DNA from: Nemertoderma westbladi
Lineage: Eukaryota > Animalia > Xenacoelomorpha
Reading direction: 5' to 3'
NCBI GenBank assembly: GCA_032718475.1
Contig: JAUCBJ010007667.1
Coordinates: 63,825 to 127,824 of the forward strand
DNA length: 64,000 nt
A program made the translations under genes and the position numbers. The notes below the pieces were generated by a model, which worked only from the letters and a program-made list of their open reading frames with translations, was not told the origin of the DNA and ran no database searches. This document shows, in pieces, positions 23,685 to 34,914 of the stretch (position 1 is the first letter of the stretch; each line of letters begins with the position of its first letter).

Positions 23685-25252
23685 TACTACTACTAGGATC
23701 GGCATGCTGCATTGCAGCTGCATTTTTAAGAATGCTGTGCCGGCTTATCGACAAAATTGCACCGCCACAACTCCCTATCACCCATGACATTTGCTAGATC
23801 ATCCGCATCTTCAAGGCGAGTGTCCTTTAAGATGCGTCTCAAGAAAGTCATGGGCTGTCCACCATGCTTATTCACTCCATGAGGCTGCCAAAGTACAATA
23901 TTATGCACTGGCTGGTCCTCACGACGAAAGCAATGTCCTGCAAAGCGAAGGCGATTTTGTTCTAGTGTCAAACTTGGGGGAACCAATGAGACACCTCCAA
24001 TGCTATATAGTGTCTGGTTGGAGATGTGTGCATTGTACTTGACACAATAAACACGGTGTAGCATTCTTGTGAATGTGCCATCCAGAGATTTGGAGTCCTC
24101 AGCAGTTAGAGCCCAGCATGGACTCCCATAGAGGAGTACTGGAAGTACTGCTGCTCTAAATAATCGGACCTTAAGTTTCCGATTAATTCTCGTTGACTTC
24201 CAAATCCTGGAAAGCCTATTCAAGGCTGCCTGCCCATGCCTTTCCCTTACGTATTCGAAGGTCTTCACCTGACTTCCGGATCCATGATCCCAGGTAACAG
24301 AAGTCATCCACATGCTCAAGCATACTTTTCAAGCATACAAGCATATTTTGAGCTTATGCTCATCCGATCAGAGACTTGCTGAGGACTTTCAAAGTTAACT
24401 GTCAAAATTTTGGTCTTTCTGGAGTTAATAAAAAGACCAACACTAGAAGCAGCATGTTCTAATGAGCTGAGGAGCCGTTGGGATCCCTCTAGTGATTCTG
24501 AGAGTACTCCTAAGTCATCAGCAAAGTCTAGATCAGTTAGGTACTTGGCAGGATTTCCTCGACTTCTGGAGCCAGTAGGTGGAGTTATCATCACCCCATC
24601 ATCATTATGATGATCTAAGGACATGCGTAGAACATAGTCAACTACAATTATGAACAAGAATGGTGCAAGTGTGTCTCCCTGGAGGACGCCACATAACACT
24701 TCAAATGGTTCTGTGTCACCGTCAACAGTAGACACAAATGTTGTCGAACCATCGTATACTGATCTGATTGCTGCAATAATTTCATCAGGAATCCCATATA
24801 ATGAAAGTATGCTGAACATACGTGAGCGAGAGACTGAATCAAAGGCCTTGAAGAAGTCAACAAAGATAACAACCAGATGCCTGTCTTTCTTTTTTGATAA
24901 CTCTTCAATTATCCTTCTAAGTGTCAGAATGGGCTCCATGGTCCCACGACCTTTACGGAACCAATTCTGATTTCCACGGAGCACTGAATCAAAGGCCTTG
25001 AAGAAGTCAAGAAAGATAACAGCCAGATGCCTGCCTTTCTTTTTTGATAACTCTTCAATTATCCTTCTAAGTGCCAGAATGGGCTCCATGGTCCCACGAC
25101 CTTTACGGAACCCATTCTGATTTCCTCGGAGCAGTCTCTCAATGGGATCCCTGATGCGATTTAATAGAATTATATTGTATAGCTTTGCAGCAATTGAGAC
25201 CAATGAGATTCCCCGAAAAGAACCATAGAGTGTTAGGTAGACGTAGTGTTAG
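23685..25252 (-). mobile_element. 5'-truncated RTE-clade non-LTR retrotransposon (RT pseudogene)
   Basis: RT motifs QNGFRKGRGT, IFLDFFKAFDSV, GVLQGDTLAPFLFIIVVDY, LDFADD and a frameshifted YLGSW; short 3'UTR and (TAG)n tail; 13-bp TSD TAGACGTAGAGAC at 23672-23684 and 25253-25265; frameshifts near 24230 and 24320-24350. Confidence 0.93.
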
Positions 25253-25561
25253 TAGACGTAGAGACACCACACGATCGATGGGACTCATCGGCCTCAGACT
25301 CATTCAGCCCGATTTCAACATTCAACCAGGCAGGTCCCACCAGCTACTGCGCCTGCGCCCCACCACTGTACATTGGTCTGGATACTGGACGTCTGGTCTC
25401 AGACGTTCAGTTCCCTGAGTTTAGGTTATGGTAAGACTGACAAATCCAAGTATTGGGTTGGCCACGGGCAGTCCAAATCAAGTGGATGGACTGCCAAGCC
25501 CCTGGCCCCACAACCAAAACAACAAACTAGCATTATACAACCCCCACACATGACAGACTAC

Positions 25562-25606
25562 TGTAGGAATTGTAGCTATGAACATGTTGACAGGAAGTGC
25601 CCTGCC
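25562..25606 (+). pseudogene. Possible relic gag zinc knuckle of a Ty3/Gypsy LTR element
   Basis: CRNCSYEHVDRKCPA fits C-x2-C-x3-H-x4-C-P-A and follows a P/Q-rich linker; the second knuckle is absent. Confidence 0.35.
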
Positions 25607-26499
25607 CCTCAAATAGCTTATAGCGCCCTCCCCAATAGTGACACTGCTCCCGCTATTATTAGTATCTCTCTATTTAATGTGATAGGTGGTAAAAAGTTCA
25701 ATTTCTACCACCACCACACAGACTTGGAGGCCACAGACAGGCTGACAGGGTCTGCTTCTGCAGCCTCCACATATCCGGCCTCCTAAATGATAAAGGCCTG
25801 GATACGTCATATAGGTAGACAGCCAGGGTGGAGTCAGGGTGGTGCAGCGCACCGACATCAGAGGGATCAGACAGTCCCATTGTACTACGCCTGCGACCCC
25901 CATCTGCCACTAACAGGCTGACAGGGGGAGGGCAGAGGGGGGCCTCATTGTCAATAAACCCACACCGACTAGAACCCAAGGAAATCCCCCACCTGACAAC
26001 ACTGGGTCATGTCAGGCTCAGTACCCCGTCCGCTGTCAATCCCTGTCAGCCTGTGACTTCCATTTGAAGGTACCCGAAACGTGACTGTACTGTACCGATT
26101 ATATTATTACAGCTTACAACTTCGGGAGAGTTACCGGTATTTCTTTGTAAATAAAACAAACATCAAACAAGCACATTAAATTAATTACCATATGTGTGTG
26201 TACGGTGTACCCAAACCCAAATTAATTAAATTATATAGATTATTATACTGTTATATTACAGTATTAATTACTGGTGTAATGCAGTAATGTCAAGAATACT
26301 AATACAGCAATACACAGATCAAACCCCTCTGTACCCAAACCCAAATTAATTAAAACACACTTTCAGCCTTCTGGACTAATTGACTAACCATAAATTTGAA
26401 GTCGATAACACATTAACACATCATTGATCATCGCCAGGTTTGCTTAACGTTAAAGAAACCGATTCCTGGTAGAAATTTATAATTTCAGATGTGGAATGA

Positions 26500-27830
26500 A
26501 TTCAAAAATTGTTTCGTCGAAGACTCGCGATACTGCAATGACTGTGAACTGAACTGAACAGACTATTTGAGGTAACCTGTAGCTGTAGTATCGTCCATAC
26601 CACTGTACCATACCAGCATAACAAATACAGCAATGGAACAAACTGCCTCGGATCAGATCAGCCGGTTGACTCGTTCTGTCGTTGAGCAGTTGAGGTAGCA
26701 GCAGCAGCAGCAGCAGCAGCAGCCAGCAGATAGGCTTAGCTGCCTAGCGGCTAGCGGAAGGCTTAATCAGTCAGTCAGTAATGACAAATGGCAATTCTGT
26801 AATGTAGGCCCTACAAATGTAATGTACGGTACCGGTACCGGTACTGCGGTAGCTAGCATAGTCAGATAGTACCGTTTACATAGTCAGACAGAATATACAT
26901 GTATAGACTGATAGACCTAGCTGCCTAGACCTGTAGACTGCTAGATGTAAGACAGTAAGATGTTAGGATGTAGCGTGTAGGTAGGCTACCCGAGGACCTC
27001 TGAAACTGTCATAGTCATAGCTGAAAGGTTTAAGAAGCAAAAGGTAAAAGTTTACAGGGACCGGCACTTAGCACAATGCTGCCTGATTGCAATATTTGAG
27101 TTCGAGGATCAATCTGTCAATAACCTTCAGTACTGCAGTAGGCCTACCCTACAGTACTGCAGTACCGTACCGGTACTGACTGCTGGCTGGCTGGAGCTGG
27201 ACTGACTGAAGTACAGAAGTAACTGAGTAGGTACCGATAACAGAGGAATGTTACGTTACTCAGTATCTGTATCTCAGTATCTCCGACGACAAGTCAGCAT
27301 CTCGACCAGGCGACCGTCTCACCGTGTGCCGGTGCCGTGGCCATACAGATTTTGTAGTTTTGATTTCGTCGTTATAGCGGTTTACTGGTTTAGGCCTAAG
27401 CTGTTACAGTGTTACAGTGTTAAGAACAATGTACCGGTCTGCCGGTACTGATGTACATGATGTATGTACAGATGTAGGTCTGTGCTGTCTGTATGTAGGT
27501 TGGCGTTGGATGGCTGGTTGGTGGGCTACGTACTGACTGACGTACTCGCTACTCGCCGACCGCTGTTGCGCTGTACCGGCTTATCGGTACCTACCTGCTT
27601 ACTGCTGTACTGCGTACCGGTACTGCTATACTGGCAGACCGGTATGTGAAGTAAACACCACAGCGCACAGCGGGAGGCCTACCGTACTATCTGACTATCT
27701 GCATGATCTGACACTGACTAATTACTGTATTACAGTATTATATTACTGTATTACCAATGACAGTATTACTCACTGTCAGACTGTATTCTGATATTACAGT
27801 GCTGCAGTGTTAGTATAAAACAGTAAGTAA
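26500..27830. promoter_or_regulatory. Putative promoter / first-exon region rich in micro-duplications
   Basis: CpG-containing core at 27280-27380; minus-strand donor CACG|GTGAGA at 27322; dense short duplications and palindromes; (CAG)n at ~26697-26728. Confidence 0.3.
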
Positions 27831-28432
27831 AGCTGAATGAAGCTTGAAGGATAAGGAATGGCACACCACATGTCACACTCACAACCACTAAAGAGTCTTT
27901 CACTTTCTGATTCAGCAATCAGTCAACAATGAGTAATAGGCCTAGTCTCTAGCCACAATAAATGAGTTGCCTTTGGATGGGAATTAAATGGTATGGGTGA
28001 TTTTGGTATGTTTTGTTGTTGATATCAATAATCCGACTGATGCCCAATTGGCAAAAAAATACTATCTTAATGGGAAAAGTGCCCTGCTTACATGTTTTAA
28101 AATAATGTGTTACTGAAAATCCTGGTTGTTTTCAGGTATATTAATCTTTAATATATAAAAGACATTCCAGGAATACCACGAAGCCTCCTAATAGAACTAC
28201 ATTTTACATCTACAGCAGAAGTGTCACAAATCATCATGTGATGGGAGTTTCCTGTTATATATTAGTTGAGATTATTAATTTATCCGTAGTAATGGTATCA
28301 ACTAAAATCGTGTTTTGTGTCACTAAACTAGGGAACCTGTGGAAAATAGAAGTATTATCGAAATGGATCTTGGATTGAATGTGATCAAAGTCCTCAATGA
28401 TGACAGCCGCATATCGGCTATGGAGAAGCACA

Positions 28433-31400
28433 TGGTGTTAATGTGCGAGTGAAGGATGGGGTGTTAATGTGCGAGTGAAGGATGGGGTGTTAATGTGTGA
28501 GTGAAGGATCGGATGTTAATGTGCAAGTGAAGGATGGGGTGTTAATGTGCAAGTGAAGGATGGAGTGTTAATGCGCGAGTGAAGGATGGGGTGTTAATGT
28601 GCGAGTGAAGGATGGGGTGTGTAAGTAAGTGTGAGTGTGAATATGAGGGACGTAGCGTGTTAATGTGAGAGTGAAGGACGGGGTGTGGATCTAAGAGTGA
28701 GTGTGAGTGTTGCGTGTGAATGTGAGGGACGTGGTGTTAATGTGAGAGTAAAGGATGTGGTGTTAATATGAGAGTGAAGAACGGGGTGTGGATCTGAGAG
28801 TGAGTGTTTCGTGTGGATGTAAGTGACGTGGTGTTGATGTGAGAGTAAAGGATGTGGTGTTAATATGAGAGTGAATGACGTGGTGTTAATGTGAGAGTGA
28901 AGGACGTGGTGTTAATGTGAGAGTGAAGGACGGAGTTTGGAGGTGAGAGTGAGTGTTTGGTGAGAATGTGAGCGTGAATCACGAGGTGTTAATGTGCGAG
29001 GGAGTGGTGGTTGTGAATTTGAATGTGAATGAGTGACGTAGTGTTAATGTGAGAGTGAAGGACTGTGGTGTTAATGTAAAAGTGAGTGTTGTGTGTGAAT
29101 GTGAATCAGTGACGTGGTGTTAATGTGAGATTGAAGGACGGAGTGTGGAGGTGAGAGTGAGTGCGAATGCGAGGGACTTGGTGTTAATGTGAGATTGAAG
29201 GACGTGGTGTTAATGTGAGAGTGAAGAACGTGGTGTTAATGTGGGAGTGTGTGTTGGGTGTGAATGTGAATCAGTGACGTGGTGTTAATGTGAGATTGAA
29301 GGACGGAGTGTGGAGGTGAGAGTGAGTGTGAATGCGAGGGACTTGGTGTTTATGTGAGATTGAAGGACGTGGTGTTAATGTGAGAGTGAAGGACGGAGTG
29401 TGGAGGTGAATGTGAAAGCGAGGGACTTGGTGTTAATGTGAGATTGAAGGACTGTGGTGTTAATATGAGAGTGAAGGGCTGTGGTGTTAATGTGAGAAGG
29501 GGTGTTGGGTGTGAATGTAAATGAAGGACGTAATGTTAATGATGAGAGTAAAGGACGGAGTGTGGTGTCGAGAGTCAGTGTTGGGTGTGAGTGTGAGAGT
29601 GAAGGACGTGGGGTTAATGTGAGATTGAAGGACGTGGTGTTAATGTGAGAGTGGAGGTCTGTGGTGTTAATGTGAGAGTGAAGGACTGTGGTGTTAATGT
29701 GACAAAGAGTGTTGGTGCGAATGTGAGGGACTTGATTTTAATGTTAAAGTGAAGGACGTGGTGAATGTAAATGAAGGAAGTGATGTTAATGATGAGAGTA
29801 AAGGACGGAGAGTGGAGGGGAGAGTCAGTGTTGGGTGTGAATGTGAGGGACGTCATGTTAATGTGAAAGTGAAGGACGGAGTGTGGGGGTGAGAGTGAAG
29901 GACATGGTGTTAATGTGAGAGTGAAGGGCGGAGAGTGGAGGTAAGAGTGAAGGACATGGTGTTAATGTGAGAGTGAAGGACGGAATATGGAGGTGAGAGT
30001 GAGTGTTGGGTGTGAATGTGAGGGACGTGGTGTTAATGTGAGAGTGAAGGACGTGGTGTTAATGTGAGAGGGTGTGTTTGGTGTGAATGTGAATGAGGGA
30101 CGCGGTATTAATGAAAGAGTGAAGGACGGAATGTGAAGGTGAGGGTGAGTGTTGGGTGTGAATGTGATGGGCGTGGTGTTAATGTGAGAGTGAAGGATGT
30201 GGTGTTAATGTGAGAGTGAAGGACGTGGTGTTAATGTGAGAGGGTGTATTTGGTGTGAATGTGAATGTGGGACGCGGTATTAATGAAAGAGTGAATGACG
30301 GAATGTGGAGGTGAGGGTGAGTGTTGGGTGTGAATGTGAGGGAGGTGGCGTTAATGTGAGAGTGAAGGACGTGGTGTTAATGTGAGAGGGTGTGTTTGGT
30401 GTGAATGTGAATGAGGGACGCGGTATTAATGAAAGAGTGAAGGACGGAATGTGGTGTTGAGAGTGAGTGTTGGGTGTGAATGTGAAGGATGTGGTGTTAA
30501 TGTGAGAGTGAAGGATATGGTGTTAATGTGAGAGTGAAGGACGTGGTGTTAATGTGAGAGGGTGTGTTTGGTGTGAATGTGAATGAGGGACGCGGTATTA
30601 ATAAAAGAGTGAAGGACGAATGTGTGGTGAGAGTGAGTGTTGGGTGTGAATGTGAGGGACGTGGTGTTAATGTGAGAGTGAAGGACGTGGTGTTAATGTG
30701 AGAGGGTGTGTTTGGTGTGAATGTGAATGAGGGACGCGGTATTAATGAAAGAGTGAAGGACGAATGTGTGGTGAGAGTGAGTGTTGGGTGTGAATGTGAA
30801 GGATGTGGTGTTAATGTGAGAGTGAAGGACGTGGTGTTAATGTGAGAGGGTGTGTTTGGTGTGAATGTGAATGAGGGACGCGGTATTAATGAAAGAGTGA
30901 AGGACGAATGTGTGGTGAGAGTGAGTGTTGGGTGTGAATGTGAAGGATGTGGTGTTAATGTGAGAGTGAAAGACGTGGTGTTAATGTGAGAGGGTGTGTT
31001 AGGTGTGAATGTGAATGAGGGACGCGGTATTAATGAAAGAGTGAAGGACGGAATGTGGAGGTGATGGTGAGTGTTGGGTGTGAATGTGATGGGCGTGGTG
31101 TTAATGTGAGAGTGAAGGATGTGGTGTTAATGTGAGAGTGAAGGACGTGGTGTTAATGTGAGAGTGAAGGACGTGGTGTTAATGTGAGAGGGTGTGTTTG
31201 GTGTGTGAATGTGAACGAGGGACGCGGTATTAATGAAAGAGTGAAGGACGGAATGTGGAGGTGAGGGTGAGTGTTGGGTGTGAATGTGATGGGCGTGGTG
31301 TTAATGTGAGAGTGAAGGATGTGGTGTTAATGTGAGAGTGAAGGACGTGGTGTTAATGTGAGAGGGTGTGTTTGGTGTGAATGTGAATGAGGGACGCGGT

Positions 31401-33469
31401 ATTAATGAAAGAGTGAAGGACGGAATGTGGAGGTGAGGGTGAGTGTTGGGTGTGAATGTGATGGGCGTGGTATTAATGTGAGAGTGAAGGATGTGGTGTT
31501 AATGTGAGAGTGAAGGACGTGGTGTTAATGTGAGAGGGTGTGTTTGGTATGAATGTGAATGTGGGACGCGGTATTAATGAAAGAGTGAATGACGGAATGT
31601 GGAGGTGAGAGTGAGTGTTGGTTGTGAATGTGAGGGACGTGGTGTTAATGTGAGAGTGAAGGACGTGGTGTTAATGTGAGAGGGTGTGTTTGGTGTGAAT
31701 GTGAATGAGGGACGCGGTATTAATGAAAGAATGAAGGACGGAATGTGGTGTTGAGAGTGAGTGTTGGGTGTGAATGTGAAGGATGTGGTGTTAATGTGAG
31801 AGTGAAGGATATGGTGTTAATGTGAGAGTGAAGGACGTGGTGTTAATGTGAGAGGGTGTGTTTGGTGTGAATGTGAATGAGGGACGCGGTATTAATAAAA
31901 GAGTGAAGGACGAATGTGTGGTGAGAGTGAGTGTTGGGTGTGAATGTGAGGGACGTGGTGTTAATGTGAGAGTGAAGGACGTGGTGTTAATGTGAGAGGG
32001 TGTGTTTGGTGTGAATGTGAATGAGGGACGCGGTATTAATGAAAGAGTGAAGGACGAATGTGTGGTGAGAGTGAGTGTTGGGTGTGAATGTGAAGGATGT
32101 GGTGTTAATGTGAGAGTGAAGGACGTGGTGTTAATGTGAGAGGGTGTGTTTGGTGTGAATGTGAATGAGGGACGCGGTATTAATGAAAGAGTGAAGGACG
32201 AATGTGTGGTGAGAGTGAGTGTTGGGTGTGAATGTGAAGGATGTGGTGTTAATGTGAGAGTGAAGGACGTGGTGTTAATGTGAGAGGGTGTGTTTGGTGT
32301 GAATGTGAATGAGGGACGCGGTATTAATGAAAGAGTGAAGGACGAATGTGTGGTGAGAGTGAGTGTTGGGTGTGAATGTGAAGGATGTGGTGTTAATGTG
32401 AGAGTGAAAGACGTGGTGTTAATGTGAGAGGGTGTGTTAGGTGTGAATGTGAATGAGGGACGCGGTATTAATGAAAGAGTGAAGGACGGAATGTGGAGGT
32501 GATGGTGAGTGTTGGGTGTGAATGTGATGGGCGTGGTGTTAATGTGAGAGTGAAGGATGTGGTGTTAATGTGAGAGTGAAGGACGTGGTGTTAATGTGAG
32601 AGTGAAGGACGTGGTGTTAATGTGAGAGGGTGTGTTTGGTGTGTGAATGTGAACGAGGGACGCGGTATTAATGAAAGAGTGAAGGACGGAATGTGGAGGT
32701 GAGGGTGAGTGTTGGGTGTGAATGTGATGGGCGTGGTGTTAATGTGAGAGTGAAGGATGTGGTGTTAATGTGAGAGTGAAGGACGTGGTGTTAATGTGAG
32801 AGGGTGTGTTTGGTGTGAATGTGAATGAGGGACGCGGTATTAATGAAAGAGTGAAGGACGGAATGTGGAGGTGAGGGTGAGTGTTGGGTGTGAATGTGAT
32901 GGGCGTGGTATTAATGTGAGAGTGAAGGATGTGGTGTTAATGTGAGAGTGAAGGACGTGGTGTTAATGTGAGAGGGTGTGTTTGGTATGAATGTGAATGT
33001 GGGACGCGGTATTAATGAAAGAGTGAATGACGGAATGTGGAGGTGAGGGTGAGTGTTGGTTGTGAATGTGAGGGACGTGGTGTTAATGTGAGAGTGAAGG
33101 ACGTGGTGTTAATGTGAGAGGGTGTGTTTGGTGTGAATGTGAATGAGGGACGCGGTATTAATGAAAGAGTGAAGGACGGAATGTGGAGGTGAGGGTGAGT
33201 GTTGGGTTTGAATGTGATGGGCGTGGTGTTAATGTGAGAGTGAAGGATGTGGTGTTAATGTGAGAGTGAAGGACGTGGTGTTAATGTGAGAGGGTGTGTT
33301 TGGTGTGAATGTGAATGTGGGACGCGGTATTAATGAAAGAGTGAATGACGGAATGTGGAGGTGAGGGTGAGTGTTGGGTGTGAATGTGAAGGACGTGGTG
33401 TTAATGTGAGAGTGAAGGATGTGGTGTTAATGTGTGAGTGAACGACGGAGTGTGGAATTGAGTGTTGGG
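28433..33469. repeat. GT-rich complex satellite derived from a 26-bp unit (GTGTTAATGTGAGAGTGAAGGACGTG), ~5 kb
   Basis: Period is 26 at the left edge (28461 to 28487), becomes ~144-200-bp composite units after ~30.0 kb, and includes a 1438-bp higher-order duplication. Confidence 0.97.
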
Positions 33470-34454
33470 ATTTGAGAGAGAACACGAGATACTTACTTTA
33501 GAGCTGTAAAGTTCGCAATACTTGACTTAGTTATTGAATGTACTCAGCTATAGCTATGTTATATGGGGCCCAAGTGAAGTATACCAGCCTTTCTGCTGTT
33601 ATATTTTGCTTTGCAGTTTTCTTTTTGAAGAATTCCAGGTTTTCACTAAAAAACACATGTTACATACGGACTTAATCTAACCAAAACAATATACGAATTA
33701 AATAGAATTAGAATTTAGACAACAAAACATCAGAATTATAGCGATTTGCGTCTCTAAATTTACACCTTAGTATTTTGATAATATCTTTACCAATTTTTGG
33801 TTAAATTTAAAACGGTTTTCAGATTCGAAATCTACAGACGAAGGCGGTTCTAATGATATCCAGATTACATTCCAAAGACGTAAAATAAAGTCTACGGAGG
33901 TGGTTAAACATTGCTAAATATACTTTTTAAGGGCTTGTTGTATGGAAATAACTGAGAAATTGAAAAATCCGGCCAGGCCACCAGTAAGAAATGGTGTCGA
34001 TCTATCATCATACCGAATTTCGTAGCATTTTATTGAAATTTGAATAAAGTTAGGGGGGGGGGGGGGGGTGGGGCTCCGACCCCCTAAAAATGGTTGTTGT
34101 ATTAAGGGTTTATGGTGTATTTCTTACCATAATTTATAATTCAATAATATATTAACTAATCTTTTACTATGGCATTTTACTGGTACTTATGTGTGACATG
34201 GCATGTCGTATGTGTTGTTGAGTGATAAATGTGTTCCAGTAGAACGCATCCTCCCTAGCATTATGTGGTAAAAATATAATTGTGGTTTCTCAACACGTTA
34301 ATTGTTTATTTAAAGCTCAATTCCAACGAAAATACAAAACTCCCACTAATAGCGCCCTGCAAGCATTTGAATAACAAAAGGCTGATTCCATAAATGAGCA
34401 AATCCATTCTCTCCAAAATATTTAAACGCGAAATTAAAGCTCACCAAATAGCGT

Positions 34455-34600
34455 GACGGGATTGGCTGATGGCGTTGTGCTGAGTTGCTTGACAGGCCAG
34501 TGTTAGCTAGGCGGAGTATTCGAGTGATTGGCAGCCGGCGTTGCCAGCATAATGCAGTACTTATAACCCCTCCCTGTCCATTGGACTGGCATTATTTGAT
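34455..34600 (+). promoter_or_regulatory. Putative frizzled 5/8 proximal promoter
   Basis: Inverted CCAAT boxes (ATTGG at 34461 and 34527), TGACAG at 34490, GC-box-like AGGCGGAG at ~34509, TGATTGGCAG at 34525-34534, and TATA-like TTATAA at 34561, all 350-450 bp upstream of the ATG. Confidence 0.55.
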
Positions 34601-34914
34601 ACATTAACGATTTACGAGCCAACTACTTGTCTGTTTTATTCCATTTAGTATTATCCGTTTTAGTTTGCATCTTTCGCAGTTGACATTTTATAAATATTTA
34701 ATATTAATTGCTGTTACTACCGGGTTTTGTATTTACATTATTATTTGCCGAGTATTAATCGCGGCAATGTAATTTTCCGAACTCGGGATATTAATATTTT
34801 TAAATATTAATATTTTTCGCTTGCCGTTTTAAAACCAAAACGTTTTACAAACTTATCGACAATAAATTATTATCTGTGTAACGCGTTTCCAACCGCATAA
34901 AACCAAACGCGAAA

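Noticed and set aside
23726-25203. Active or domesticated reverse transcriptase
   Set aside because: 5'-truncated, no endonuclease domain, frameshifted and internally duplicated.
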